From: a virus
Virus record (IMG/VR): IMGVR_UViG_3300032268_000887
Span: 38,687-102,686 of that record
Reading direction: 5' to 3' (one strand)
Length of the DNA stretch: 64,000 nucleotides
The notes beneath the pieces are model-generated. The model saw only the letters and a program-made list of their open reading frames with translations, was not told the DNA's origin and ran no database searches. Position numbers and translations under genes: made by a program. Numbering within the stretch: the first letter of the stretch is position 1; each line of letters begins with the position of its first letter. Shown here one piece after another: positions 1 through 10,263 of the stretch.

Positions 1-26
1 TAGGCTTAAAGTCTTGATTGCACCAA

Positions 27-848
27 CTACATTGTTTCACTTAATTCCTTTAGAGAGGCTATCTTAATTACTCCATCCCCAGCCTCGTCACAAGTTTTTC
101 TGACTGGACAATTTTTACAGACCTTAGAATTATTTCTATAGTTTTTGATTGGCAACTGTTTATTTTTCCAAGCACTATGGACTTCGTTCATCCATTCAAA
201 TGTATTATCGATCCACTGTCTATAGTGATCGTTAACTTCAATAGGAAACAACAACAACTCGTGATTGTTTTTGTTTTCATAAATCACAATACCTTTAGAT
301 CTTTTGAGAATTTTCATGTATATAAGAGTTTGTTCTATATGATCTAGTTTAGCCTTGCCAACTTTTTTTCTATATTCAAACGCTTCTTGACTTGTTGTTT
401 TTATTTCTCCAACAATCTCTTCATCATTCCAAACTAGCATACAGTCACCATATCCAAAAATTGGTGGTTGAGAATTTGATACTTTAAACTCTGTTGTATC
501 ATTGTTATCGTCATCTTTAAAAGATTTTGCAATTCCAGAATCAAGCATTACTTTTTGAATTCTGCTATGTGACAAAACCCCATTTCCCATATTGGCTATA
601 CTAGTAGCAGTATTGTTACTTTCAAAAGTTGTGCCCTCAAAAGCAATATACCAATACCTTGGACAAACCCCGTTGCCATCACTATAAGATATTGTTGATG
701 GGGCAAATGTTTTTTTCTTAGTAAATTTTGGAACCTGCCCAATAAGGTACCCATCGTTAATCTTTTCAATCATTCCAGACACATCAAAGTCTGGCTTTGG
801 AATGCTATCTGCTTTAATCATAATTTGCTGTAATAAGTTTTTAGTCAT
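27..848 (-). CDS. Cas4-like PD-(D/E)xK exonuclease with 4-Cys Fe-S cluster
   Basis: CPRYWY near N-terminus, GYGD..EIKT nuclease core, QxxxY (QTLIY), C-terminal CKNCxxxxxC. Start taken at ATG 848; ORF track extends to 887. Confidence 0.85.
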   Translation of the reverse strand: MTKNLLQQIMIKADSIPKPDFDVSGMIEKINDGYLIGQVPKFTKKKTFAPSTISYSDGNGVCPRYWYIAFEGTTFESNNTATSIANMGNGVLSHSRIQKVMLDSGIAKSFKDDDNNDTTEFKVSNSQPPIFGYGDCMLVWNDEEIVGEIKTTSQEAFEYRKKVGKAKLDHIEQTLIYMKILKRSKGIVIYENKNNHELLLFPIEVNDHYRQWIDNTFEWMNEVHSAWKNKQLPIKNYRNNSKVCKNCPVRKTCDEAGDGVIKIASLKELSETM

Positions 849-883
849 ATCTCTCTTTTCATTAGCATTCAGTATATCAGTTA

Positions 884-1189
884 TCAACGTGCTATGTATT
901 TAAGAGCAGACACTAAATTGTTTACTGACTCTGCTGCAGTGTAGTATATGTTTTTCTTTGCCCTGTTATTTTTATCTACATTAGCCATCCAAGTTGCTTT
1001 TAAAGATAGTTTTGCTGCGATGGCTTGTAATCTAACTATTTCTACAGTTGCCACTGCAATTGGAATGTCTGGCCTAATAATTAATTTAGCAATCATTTCC
1101 AATGAAGTTGTAAGTTCTTCGTCGTCCATATATTCTGCAATTTCTGCTAAACCATTAATGCTTTCAAGCGTTGTTTTTACTGGCTCCAT
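884..1189 (-). CDS. Hypothetical helical protein
   Basis: 101-aa ORF with AGAGGA upstream, in the recombination cluster. Confidence 0.7.
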   Translation of the reverse strand: MEPVKTTLESINGLAEIAEYMDDEELTTSLEMIAKLIIRPDIPIAVATVEIVRLQAIAAKLSLKATWMANVDKNNRAKKNIYYTAAESVNNLVSALKYIAR

Positions 1190-1844
1190 CTTTTCCTCTT
1201 TTCAGTTTGTCTAGTTGTTCAAAAAATTGTTTTCTATACTCAATCATTCTTGGCATATTATTATGTTTTGCCACAATAAATTCTCTTTCTATTGGAGACA
1301 TTTGTTTTTCTGCATAAGGCTTATGGTCATGTTTATTAGAAAAATGAAACACAATTACTTCACATCTATCGTTTTCTTTTAATGTAACGGGTGCTCTCCA
1401 GTGTATTCTTTCTGCTGCCTCAAAAACTAAAACCTCATTGTTTTTTAAAAAGAACTCTTGTCCTTCTACAACTACAGCCCAATCTATGTTACTTGACATT
1501 TGATAGTCAATGCTTACTTTTGTATAATAATTCTCTGTATCTAAATGTGGCGGAAGCATAGGGGAGTTTCCATTTCCATATTTTCCATAGTAGTCTAAAT
1601 ATTGATAATGAGTTAATTCCAGATCTGGGTCATTAACATATTCTAAAGCAAGATTTTTTAATTTTTCTACAATATTGCCTGGAGCATCGAACTCAATCTG
1701 TACCCTTGACATGCTCTCAATTGTCATAGGGGAGTATCTGCTTACTCCAGGAGTTAGCATTCTATTTGTTTCAACTAGTAGTCTAAGTTCTTCTTCTTCT
1801 TCTCTTGTAAAAAAATTTTTTACAATTCCGCAATTAGTATTCAT
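1164..1844 (-). CDS. 2OG-Fe(II) dioxygenase-family protein
   Basis: LPPHLD (HxD) and distal IHWR; paralog of 2135, 3477 and 61606 genes. Confidence 0.8.
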   Translation of the reverse strand: MNTNCGIVKNFFTREEEEELRLLVETNRMLTPGVSRYSPMTIESMSRVQIEFDAPGNIVEKLKNLALEYVNDPDLELTHYQYLDYYGKYGNGNSPMLPPHLDTENYYTKVSIDYQMSSNIDWAVVVEGQEFFLKNNEVLVFEAAERIHWRAPVTLKENDRCEVIVFHFSNKHDHKPYAEKQMSPIEREFIVAKHNNMPRMIEYRKQFFEQLDKLKRGKDGASKNNA

Positions 1845-1850
1845 ATTAAA

Positions 1851-1859
1851 ATTATACCC
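1851..1859 (-). promoter_or_regulatory. -10 box, leaderless promoter
   Basis: GGGTATAAT-TTTAAT-ATG (6 nt to ATG 1844). Confidence 0.7.
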
Positions 1860-2142
1860 TATCTACCAAATCTTCAATAACCGATAGTTCGGCAACTAGC
1901 AATCGTGTTTTTTTAGGCCCATTGCCTAACACTATTATTAGTGCTGGAGATTTATTAATTCCAGATTTAATGGCATCTGTTGTTATTTTTGCCCAAACAT
2001 TTTCATTTAACGTAAAAGATTTTTTTGCTTCCTTTATATCAACCACAAAAGATTTCCAGGTAGCATCTCCTTTTTTATTTCCTCTTCCAGAATTTTTATG
2101 AGGAATAGCATTCATTCTTTTTATTTCATTTTTTTCACTCAT
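1852..2142 (-). CDS. Putative Holliday junction resolvase (PD-(D/E)xK)
   Basis: HKNSGRG..KGDA..DIKE..KSFTL pattern; lies between RecA and the Cas4-like gene. Confidence 0.6.
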   Translation of the reverse strand: MSEKNEIKRMNAIPHKNSGRGNKKGDATWKSFVVDIKEAKKSFTLNENVWAKITTDAIKSGINKSPALIIVLGNGPKKTRLLVAELSVIEDLVDRV

Positions 2143-3469
2143 TGCTATACCTTTTTATGGCTTCCTTTAAATCTAAGTTTTCTTTCATTAGATCGACAGA
2201 AAATTTATTTGAAAATCTCATCATGTTTGACTCTATTTTTTGCTTTTCATCTAAAGTTATTGGCAGACTATCCTCTAAAGAAAAATGACAAAACAGCATT
2301 TCTACAAAATCTCCATCTTTAAATTCTATTGGTTTTCTCCAATGAACTTGATGTGTTCCAGAAAAAGCAGCAGCCATGTTATTTCCAAGTTTAATTTCGT
2401 AATCTTCTACTACAATTGCCCACTCAACGTTAGCCCTTAGTTGTACATCTAATGTAACCCTGGGATGCGTAAATGTATTGTCATAGTGTGGAGTTAATAC
2501 TGGAATGTCTGAGTATTCTTTAGAGTATCTTGCAAAAGAGATTTCTTCTAGTTTTACATTTTGCATATGAATAGTTTTCATTTGCATTGCAACTTTATCT
2601 TTTATTGTTTGAGGAAGATCTATAAACCAAACTTTTTGTCCATAAATTTTAACCTTTGTCGTGCCCTCACTAGAGTTTAAATCTATTGTTTTGTAAATTA
2701 GGTCAATCTCATCTTGTGTAAAAATATTGCCGTATCTTCCTTTATGGGTTAGTGGTGATCTTTTTTCAACGCCAGATTCTTTATAGCCTTCTATTTTTAT
2801 TGGAATATCGCTTATTTGTGTTTCTTCTTTTAGCAACTTTTTGCGTTTTTCCATAATTGTATAACTATCGTTGCTAAACTCTCTTTGTTTTTTATGGGTT
2901 AAAAAAACAAACATTAAAACTGTTTCTTGTCCTGGTTTTATTTTTTTATTTTCTCGCCAATGCATCTGGTTAGTCCCGCCAAATAAAATTGCTTGCCCAT
3001 CTTTTAGATCATAATCTTTTCCTTCTACAACAAGATTCCATTTATGATTAGATAATATTTGAAGATCAAAGATAAGTGTTTCTAATGCCCTTGAATCGTA
3101 ATGCGGAAATAGTTTTACTTCCCAGCCAAAGTCAGCAGTATATTTTGTTAAAGAAAGGTTTGCAATTTCTAACTCTTCTCCATAGGCTTCGCTACAGAAT
3201 TGTTGAATTCTTTTATGAATTGATTTAAATGTTGGATCTTCCATTGAAATATTTAAGTTTGCTTGGCCATCCCAATTTTTAAGAACAATTTTATCTTCTG
3301 GAATATTTTTAACTAAATTTTGAATATATAATAATTCATCTGAAGATAAAAAATTGTCAAAAATAAAAGGTGGCAAATCTTCATCATTTACAATTTCATT
3401 TTTTTCTTTTTGTTCTTCTCTTAACTTTTTATATTCTGGCAATTTAGAGTAGTCTGGAAAATTATTCAT
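2135..3469 (-). CDS. Tandem double-domain 2OG-Fe(II) dioxygenase
   Basis: Two domains: LFPHYD..MHWR and LTPHYD..VHWR. Start moved to ATG 3469 because TATAAT (3476-3481) is 6 nt upstream. Confidence 0.8.
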   Translation of the reverse strand: MNNFPDYSKLPEYKKLREEQKEKNEIVNDEDLPPFIFDNFLSSDELLYIQNLVKNIPEDKIVLKNWDGQANLNISMEDPTFKSIHKRIQQFCSEAYGEELEIANLSLTKYTADFGWEVKLFPHYDSRALETLIFDLQILSNHKWNLVVEGKDYDLKDGQAILFGGTNQMHWRENKKIKPGQETVLMFVFLTHKKQREFSNDSYTIMEKRKKLLKEETQISDIPIKIEGYKESGVEKRSPLTHKGRYGNIFTQDEIDLIYKTIDLNSSEGTTKVKIYGQKVWFIDLPQTIKDKVAMQMKTIHMQNVKLEEISFARYSKEYSDIPVLTPHYDNTFTHPRVTLDVQLRANVEWAIVVEDYEIKLGNNMAAAFSGTHQVHWRKPIEFKDGDFVEMLFCHFSLEDSLPITLDEKQKIESNMMRFSNKFSVDLMKENLDLKEAIKRYSNE

Positions 3470-3476
3470 GTTAATA

Positions 3477-4145
3477 TTATACACTTTCCCTTAAGGTTTC
3501 GTCACTTAAAATATTGGTCTCTCTTTGAAGAACTTTTTGTCTTTCAAGCATATTAACTGATTGAGTTTCAGATATAGGTTTTGAAATTTTATGCTTAAGC
3601 CAGCAGAACATCATTAGAATTTCTGAGTTATCTTGCAATTTTTTATTTTCTCTCCAGTGCATCTGTTGAGTACCAGAAAATAATAGGGCCTGATTGTCTA
3701 AAAGATTAAATTGTTTGCCTTCAACAATTATTCCCCAATCCTCATTTGTTTGCAATTGAATATCAAAAACAAACATCTCATACGGCCTTGTGTCATAATG
3801 TGGAAATAGTTTAACTTCATATCCGTATTCAGGAGAATACCTGACAATAGAATATTCTGCAACAATCAAGTCTTTATTGCATGCTTCTGATGCTAAGTTT
3901 TGTATTTTTGCAATTACGCTATTTGAAATTTTTATATGATCTAAAACTCCTTGCCCACCCCATTTTTGAATTCTAATTTTTTCTAAAGGAAATTCTTTGG
4001 CTGTTTGCAATATATCTTTTAGTTCTTTATCAGTAAAAATATTATCTACTAATATTGGAATAAAATCTTGATCAGACACATAGTCTTGAGATGTGCGTAA
4101 TTTTTTATACTCAGGAAATTCATCTAGGTTAGGGAAAATACTCAT
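3477..4145 (-). CDS. 2OG-Fe(II) dioxygenase-family protein
   Basis: LFPHYD..MHWRENKK, close to domain 1 of 2135..3469; leaderless -10 at 4152-4157. Confidence 0.8.
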   Translation of the reverse strand: MSIFPNLDEFPEYKKLRTSQDYVSDQDFIPILVDNIFTDKELKDILQTAKEFPLEKIRIQKWGGQGVLDHIKISNSVIAKIQNLASEACNKDLIVAEYSIVRYSPEYGYEVKLFPHYDTRPYEMFVFDIQLQTNEDWGIIVEGKQFNLLDNQALLFSGTQQMHWRENKKLQDNSEILMMFCWLKHKISKPISETQSVNMLERQKVLQRETNILSDETLRESV

Positions 4146-4152
4146 AATAATA

Positions 4153-4332
4153 TTATACCCTACCCCTCTTTGTATAACTTGTTTGCTTAACTAGTGTTAA
4201 TCTTGATAAATGTTTTTTACTGCACATCCACGTACACTCTGTTGTTTCTGGAAAAAGTCTCATAGATGTTACTTCTTCTTTACAGGTCTGACATAAAAAT
4301 TTGCCAGGATATACCGAATACTGTTTATCCAA
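4153..4332 (-). CDS. Small zinc-ribbon protein (not in ORF track)
   Basis: Manual translation from a TTG overlapping the recA end: MDKQYSVYPGKFLCQTCKEE...CTWMCSKKH..., 59 aa. Confidence 0.6.
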   Translation of the reverse strand: MDKQYSVYPGKFLCQTCKEEVTSMRLFPETTECTWMCSKKHLSRLTLVKQTSYTKRGRV

Positions 4333-5362
4333 ACTCTTTGACCTTACTTAGGATGTCTGCAAACAATTCTTTGTCTTCTCTAACTTTACTGATAAAACCT
4401 TCTCTTCCTTGAACCTTTGTTTCATCTGGAAGAATGTACCAAGCACCAGTCCTGTTTACAATACCCATTAACTCTGCTGTATCTACTAGATCGGCAATTG
4501 TGTCAATTCCTGTTTTGCCCCCTCGAAAATAGAAGTCATACTCTCCAGATTGAAATCCAGGGGATGTCTTTGAAAATTGTAAGTCCCACCTAATTTTTCT
4601 TCCAACCTTTTCTTCTATTAATTTATCACCTACATGGATCTTGCCTTTGATGGCTTGATTATCTGACTCTGAAGAAAATAATTTAATAACACAAGAAGAG
4701 TAGAATTTTGTAGCCTGACCACCAGAAGGTTGTTGGCTAGTATACATAGCATTAATATTATTCCTAGATTGAGAAATTAAAATAAATAAAGTTGGCTTAA
4801 CTTTGTTGTTTGCATAATTGATCATTTTCCATGCGTTACTAAAGTCACGAGACTCTGCCCCAATTTGTTTTGTATTTTCTAATTGCTTTAATTCGCTTGA
4901 ATCTTTTTCAAAATAAATTGCCGGAAGTAAAGAGGTTATTGAGTCTACAACAACTAAATCTACACCCGCATTAATTAGGTTAGTTCCAACATCAACCATT
5001 TCATTAATAGTTCTGGCAGAAGAGTAAATTAATTTTGAAGTATCTACTCCTAAACTTTGTGCCCAATCTTCAGAGTATGACATCTCTGCATCTATCCAAG
5101 CACAAACCTTTCCTTCTTGTTGAGCAAGAGCAATTGTTTGTAAACATAAAGATGACTTGGCACTTGATTTACTGCCCCAAATTAACACTTGGCGACCATA
5201 TGGAAGTCCACCATTTAGTGCTTTGTTAAGTCCATGGCTTGGTGTTGGCTGATACTCTACACGAATGCCTTCTCCGTTTGTTAAATTTTTTCTAATTCTT
5301 GGATCAAGTTGTGCTAATACATCTTCTGTGGTCATTGTCATTTTTATTTTTTCCTTTTCCAT
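4325..5362 (-). CDS. recA: RecA/UvsX-like recombinase
   Basis: NGGLPYGR, Walker A variant GSKSSAKS, WIDAE, VVVDSI, ISQ, GGQATKFYSS, GAWY, QGRE. Confidence 0.93.
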   Translation of the reverse strand: MEKEKIKMTMTTEDVLAQLDPRIRKNLTNGEGIRVEYQPTPSHGLNKALNGGLPYGRQVLIWGSKSSAKSSLCLQTIALAQQEGKVCAWIDAEMSYSEDWAQSLGVDTSKLIYSSARTINEMVDVGTNLINAGVDLVVVDSITSLLPAIYFEKDSSELKQLENTKQIGAESRDFSNAWKMINYANNKVKPTLFILISQSRNNINAMYTSQQPSGGQATKFYSSCVIKLFSSESDNQAIKGKIHVGDKLIEEKVGRKIRWDLQFSKTSPGFQSGEYDFYFRGGKTGIDTIADLVDTAELMGIVNRTGAWYILPDETKVQGREGFISKVREDKELFADILSKVKEFG

Positions 5363-5365
5363 ATT

Positions 5366-8300
5366 TTAAATAAGTACATCATCTAGTATAACAGTTCCAT
5401 CTTTTGTTTTTCCAAAAACAAAATTATACGAGTTGCCTTCTTTAATATTCATATAGGCCTTAGCAAATGCCGTAGGAAATATAAGCACAGATTTTAATTC
5501 CCTAGATGTATTAGCCAAGGTCATTGAGGCCATTTTTTTACCTTCTTTAGTTGTTCTTGGTTTAAATGCAACAACAAACATTTCTTCATCTTTAAATGGT
5601 AATTGTTTATAACTTAAAAATTTAACAAGAGCACTAGAAGATTGCTTTATTTCATCAATAGGAACTGAAGATATAATCCTATTATCATTAGCAAGAACCA
5701 GGTAAGTGCGACCCGTCTCAATAACTGTTCCTTCTTCATCAAATATACCAACACTCCCAGTTTTGTCCAGAATTTCAACTCGTGACCAACCCTTTCCTCG
5801 CTTAATTGCTTTTACCATACCCATCAAAATAAAAGAACCTTTTTCTTCAAACTCATCAACTTGCTGAATAAAAGCATGGTAATGAGATGGAATATTAATA
5901 TTAAATTCTGGAAGATTTAAATATTCGTATAGATTTTCTTTTATTTGATCATCATTACGAGGGTTGTCTAAAAAGGTTAATGATCCAACAGCATTCATTG
6001 CTGCTAATGCACGACTGTTTACCCCGTTACCTTTAGTAAAAGTAAAATCTTCTACCTCTTTATAAGATTTAAATGGTCTTGCAGCAATATATTTATCTGC
6101 TATCTTGTCCGATATATATTTAATTGCAGTTAGGCCAAATCTAATTCCTTTTCCCTCAATTTGAAAATCTTTGCCAGAGTCATTAATATGTGGAAGTTTA
6201 ACTGGAATTCCCATTCGTTTTGCTTCAATTAAATACTCAGTTCTGTTGTCAGGATTTTTTTCATTTTTTAATAAAGCAAACATAAATTCTAGTGGATAGT
6301 AATACTTTAACCACGCCGTCCAATACGAGAGCGTAGAATAAGCAACCGCATGACTCTTGTTGAACGAATAGCCTGCATGCGCCTCAAAGTCATGCCATAA
6401 ATCACGAGCCTGATTAGGAGTAATATAGGAAGAAGCGCCAGTAATAAAACGTTCTTTATAAATATCGAACTCTTTGGCGTCTTTCTTTTTTCCAATGATC
6501 TTTCTAACTTTATCTGCTTCAGACATGGACATTTGTCCAAGGTGTACGCATGCTTGCATAACTTGTTCCTGGTAAAGAATGCAGCCATAGGTGTCCTCCG
6601 TGTAAGGCTTTAATATCTGATGTAAATATGATACAGCCTGTTTTCCGTGTTTTCTTGCAACGTAGTCTTTTCCAATAGTATTCATTGCTCCTGGTCTAAC
6701 AAGAGCGTTTGATGCTGCTAATTCATTAAGATTTTTTACACCCATCTTAACAATTAAATTGGTGTAGGGCGTTGCTTCACACTGAAAAATTCCTTTAGTG
6801 TGTCCATCTGAAATCATTTCGTACACTTTGGGATCTTCCATGTCTATCTCAAGTGGATTAATTTTAACAAAATGATTTTTTTCAATCATCTTGATAGTAT
6901 CATCTAAAACACTTAAAGTTTTTAGTCCTAGGGCATCGATTTTAATTAGGCCTATTCTTTCTGCTTCTTCCATATCTACCCCGACAACTGGTATGCGATT
7001 TTCTGATCCTGGAGAAGACCTTGTTTCTAGTGGAGCATGTTTAAAAATTGGCTCTTTACTAGTAACAATTCCAGCAGCATGAATTCCGGTGCCTCTAATA
7101 CGGCCACGCAATTGTTCTCCATAAACTTCCACCTCTGGATATTTTTCTCTAAATTCTAACGTAGATTTAGAAGTACAAAAATCATCCCATGTATCTACTG
7201 TTTTTAAAATTTTGTTTACATCTGATAATGGAATATTAAGAACTCTGGCAACATCACGAACAATTCCTTTTCCTGTAAACTCTAAAAATGTTGCAATAGA
7301 GGCTACATGCCTATACTGTCTAACAAGATAATCTTTTACTTCTTCTCTTCTAGAATCTTGAATGTCTGTGTCAATATCTGGGAAATCGTTACGTTCTGGA
7401 TTAATAAATCGAAAGAACAAAAGCCCATGCTCTATTGGATCAATTTCTGTAATTCCAATTAAATAACAAAGTAAAGAGCCAGCAGAAGATCCACGACCTG
7501 GACCAACTCTAATGCCTTCTTTTTTTGCCCAATTAATCATGTTGCTTACAACAAGAAAATAGGGAGCAAATTTTTTATCTCTAATAATTGATAGTTCTTC
7601 ATCAAGTCTTTGTTCGTATATATCATTACCAAGCCAGTTAGAGTTAAGTCTTTTTTCTTCTAGTCCAGCAAAGGCAAGGTTTGCCAACTCTTGATCTGGA
7701 TTTTTATATTGAACTGGCAATAAGTTTAAATGTTCTTTAATATCATAATCTTCTACTTTATTCATAATTTCAAGAGTTGAATCAAACATGTCTGTTCTTG
7801 TAAACATTTGTTTTTGCATTTCTTCTAACATTTCTGTTCCACTTAATAGGTGAATATTAAACTTGTTAAAACTCATTTGTCTATCTTTGCCATACAAATA
7901 ATCAAGTTTTGTCATCATGTCATTATACTTTTTAGATTTTTCGTAAGTAACGTTTTTCTCTAATTTTGCATGAGTATTTAAAATTAACTTTAATTCTTGG
8001 ATTTCTTTTTGACTTTTATCCGAATGATGACAATCTGGAGTAACAACAATTTTTATATTAAATTCATCTGCTAAATCCATTAAATGCATGTTTACTTGCT
8101 GTGGGTTATGTGGCATTATTTCTATATAGTAGTCGTCCTTAAATGTATCTTTAAACCATTTTATAGACTTTTTGGCTTTTGCAAATTCTTCAAGTTCTAC
8201 TGCCTTGGTAACAATTCCACTTAAACATCCCGATGTAACAATAATTCCTTCTTTGTATTTTTCTAATGTTTCAAAATCAAACCTTGGTTTTCTAAAGTAA

Positions 8301-8650
8301 CCCTCAGTCCATGCAATTTCATTAATTTTGTTAAGATTTTCCAAGCCCTGTTTATTCTTGGCTAGAAGAACTATATGGTTGTATACATTATCTAGTGGAT
8401 CTTTTCTTTCTGCCCTGTCTCTTTTATCAAAACGGTCAGCACACATATAGCCTTCTATGCCAAGAATTGGTTTTATACCTTTTTCTTTTGCAATGCGGTA
8501 GAACTCACGATGCCCAGATAGAGTGCCATGATCTGTAATTGCCAGTGCTGGCATACCAAGAGTCACGGCACGTTCTAAATATTCTTCTGGTGTAGCAACA
8601 CCATCCATTAATGAATAGTGCGTATGTACGTGTAGTCCTATATAATTCAC
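5366..8650 (-). CDS. dnaE: DNA polymerase III alpha subunit (family C)
   Basis: PHP domain HVHTHYSLMDG/AITDHG, GPGRGSSAGSL, FPDIDTD, GIHAAG, KIDALGL, YSFNKSHA. Confidence 0.97.
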   Translation of the reverse strand: MNYIGLHVHTHYSLMDGVATPEEYLERAVTLGMPALAITDHGTLSGHREFYRIAKEKGIKPILGIEGYMCADRFDKRDRAERKDPLDNVYNHIVLLAKNKQGLENLNKINEIAWTEGYFRKPRFDFETLEKYKEGIIVTSGCLSGIVTKAVELEEFAKAKKSIKWFKDTFKDDYYIEIMPHNPQQVNMHLMDLADEFNIKIVVTPDCHHSDKSQKEIQELKLILNTHAKLEKNVTYEKSKKYNDMMTKLDYLYGKDRQMSFNKFNIHLLSGTEMLEEMQKQMFTRTDMFDSTLEIMNKVEDYDIKEHLNLLPVQYKNPDQELANLAFAGLEEKRLNSNWLGNDIYEQRLDEELSIIRDKKFAPYFLVVSNMINWAKKEGIRVGPGRGSSAGSLLCYLIGITEIDPIEHGLLFFRFINPERNDFPDIDTDIQDSRREEVKDYLVRQYRHVASIATFLEFTGKGIVRDVARVLNIPLSDVNKILKTVDTWDDFCTSKSTLEFREKYPEVEVYGEQLRGRIRGTGIHAAGIVTSKEPIFKHAPLETRSSPGSENRIPVVGVDMEEAERIGLIKIDALGLKTLSVLDDTIKMIEKNHFVKINPLEIDMEDPKVYEMISDGHTKGIFQCEATPYTNLIVKMGVKNLNELAASNALVRPGAMNTIGKDYVARKHGKQAVSYLHQILKPYTEDTYGCILYQEQVMQACVHLGQMSMSEADKVRKIIGKKKDAKEFDIYKERFITGASSYITPNQARDLWHDFEAHAGYSFNKSHAVAYSTLSYWTAWLKYYYPLEFMFALLKNEKNPDNRTEYLIEAKRMGIPVKLPHINDSGKDFQIEGKGIRFGLTAIKYISDKIADKYIAARPFKSYKEVEDFTFTKGNGVNSRALAAMNAVGSLTFLDNPRNDDQIKENLYEYLNLPEFNINIPSHYHAFIQQVDEFEEKGSFILMGMVKAIKRGKGWSRVEILDKTGSVGIFDEEGTVIETGRTYLVLANDNRIISSVPIDEIKQSSSALVKFLSYKQLPFKDEEMFVVAFKPRTTKEGKKMASMTLANTSRELKSVLIFPTAFAKAYMNIKEGNSYNFVFGKTKDGTVILDDVLI

Positions 8651-8653
8651 ATA

Positions 8654-9304
8654 CTACCAATCAGCATTTGTTGCTGAAGTTACTGACGGTGAATCAAAGC
8701 CAAGATAAAAACTTTCTTGCTCTGCATATGGAATACGACGCAAAGCCAGTTCAAGTGGATAAGGCGCTATGCCTTCCCAATTAAATGGTTCTTTATCTGG
8801 AGCAGACGGAATCATGGTATAACTAGTTTCTGTGCTTTGTCCATTACGCTTAAGTTTCCAAGTTAGATTTGAGATGCTTCCTGTTTCTAAAGCAAACTCA
8901 CGAATTGTATTAAATGATGATTGCTTGCTAACACCCATTGACCAAATTGCCACATATGGTGGTTCAATACCATCATCTACTAAAACGTTGCAATAAAAAC
9001 GAAGGCGTGCTCTCCAGCCAGCCTTTGGATCTTTTCTGTGCATTTCTTCTGCCCAGTCACGACCTTCGGCATCCATGGTGTCTACAGCCTTGCGCTTATA
9101 GTCTTTTGGATTAACATGTTCTTTTACAACAAGAGCAAGACCACGATCTGCATTGTAACTTGCAGAATCCTCATCTAGTTCTTCTATAAAACGAATTTTA
9201 ACTGATTGTCCGTCAGCCAACTTAAGCCAACGAACTTTTGGTGAATCTGATTTTGGTTTGTCGAGCAGGGCGTTGATGTTCTTTAGTCCCTTAATAACGC
9301 TCAT
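8654..9304 (-). CDS. Single-stranded DNA-binding protein (gp32-like)
   Basis: WLKLADGQSVKIRF..KLKRNG..TSY OB-fold-like pattern; between primase and polymerase. Confidence 0.65.
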   Translation of the reverse strand: MSVIKGLKNINALLDKPKSDSPKVRWLKLADGQSVKIRFIEELDEDSASYNADRGLALVVKEHVNPKDYKRKAVDTMDAEGRDWAEEMHRKDPKAGWRARLRFYCNVLVDDGIEPPYVAIWSMGVSKQSSFNTIREFALETGSISNLTWKLKRNGQSTETSYTMIPSAPDKEPFNWEGIAPYPLELALRRIPYAEQESFYLGFDSPSVTSATNADW

Positions 9305-9330
9305 AGTTTTCTCCTTTGTGTTTTGTATAT

Positions 9331-10263
9331 CTAGTTTAGCATAAGCGATATAGATTTGTCAAACTGAAATTCTAGATTCCTGATTGCATTATCATCCATA
9401 TCGCCTATGTCTTTATATTCTGTATTAAGTTGTATTACGGAGACACGAGATTTTAATTTTTCAATTATTCTCTCTTTCATGTTTCCCCCTGCTTCATCGT
9501 TATCTGCAATAACAATAATGTTATTGAAATATTTTTGAAGCAAATCTATTTGTGTGTTTGATACATTGGCCCCTAGGGTAGCAACAGCAGCAAAGCCAAC
9601 CTGATCTAGCCTAATTGCATCAAATGAAGATTCTACTACATAAACCTTTTCTGATGCCTTAACTCTGTAAAGATTAAAAAGTGTTTTTGCTTTTGGAAGT
9701 TTGGGAGTATTTTTAAAATCTTTTCCTTCAATAGACCTTCCAACAAAACCAACTGCCAATCCGTCTGGAGAATGAACTGGAACAGTAACCATATCTTGTT
9801 TTTCTGAATAGCCTAAGTTAAATTTAATAACTGAGTCTTTTGTTATTTTTCTGCTTTCATAATAAGACATAGCCCTTGGTGAAATTAATGCGTGATTATT
9901 TAATCTTTTAATAACTAATTCATCAAAAGCAATATATTCTGGAACATCTACAAGGGCTTTGTTAACAAACTGTTCAATGTTTGTTTCTTTCCCTTTACTT
10001 GCAATAAATCTAATTGTTTCAAAGTAGGTTCTATTTGTAGCATTCATGACTAACTCAACTAAATCTTTAGTTTCTTGACAAGAAAAACAAAAGAATGTTC
10101 CTTTTGTTTTTGACACTTCTCCTGCAGGGGTTCTAAAATTATTGTGATACGGACAAAATATCATAAAGTCATTATCCATTTCTGACTCTATATTAATACC
10201 AGATCCGTCTAGTACTCTTTTTACCTGATCTTCGCTATATAAATCTATTTTATTATTTGCCAC
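9331..10263 (-). CDS. dnaG: DNA primase (Zn finger + TOPRIM)
   Basis: CPYH..CFSC Zn finger; VVESSFD and ADNDEAG TOPRIM motifs; KDIGD. Confidence 0.9.
   Translation of the reverse strand: MANNKIDLYSEDQVKRVLDGSGINIESEMDNDFMIFCPYHNNFRTPAGEVSKTKGTFFCFSCQETKDLVELVMNATNRTYFETIRFIASKGKETNIEQFVNKALVDVPEYIAFDELVIKRLNNHALISPRAMSYYESRKITKDSVIKFNLGYSEKQDMVTVPVHSPDGLAVGFVGRSIEGKDFKNTPKLPKAKTLFNLYRVKASEKVYVVESSFDAIRLDQVGFAAVATLGANVSNTQIDLLQKYFNNIIVIADNDEAGGNMKERIIEKLKSRVSVIQLNTEYKDIGDMDDNAIRNLEFQFDKSISLMLN

Noticed and set aside
27-887. CRISPR-Cas system suggested by the Cas4-like gene
   Set aside because: No repeat-spacer array or other cas genes seen; stand-alone Cas4-like nucleases are common in phage recombination modules
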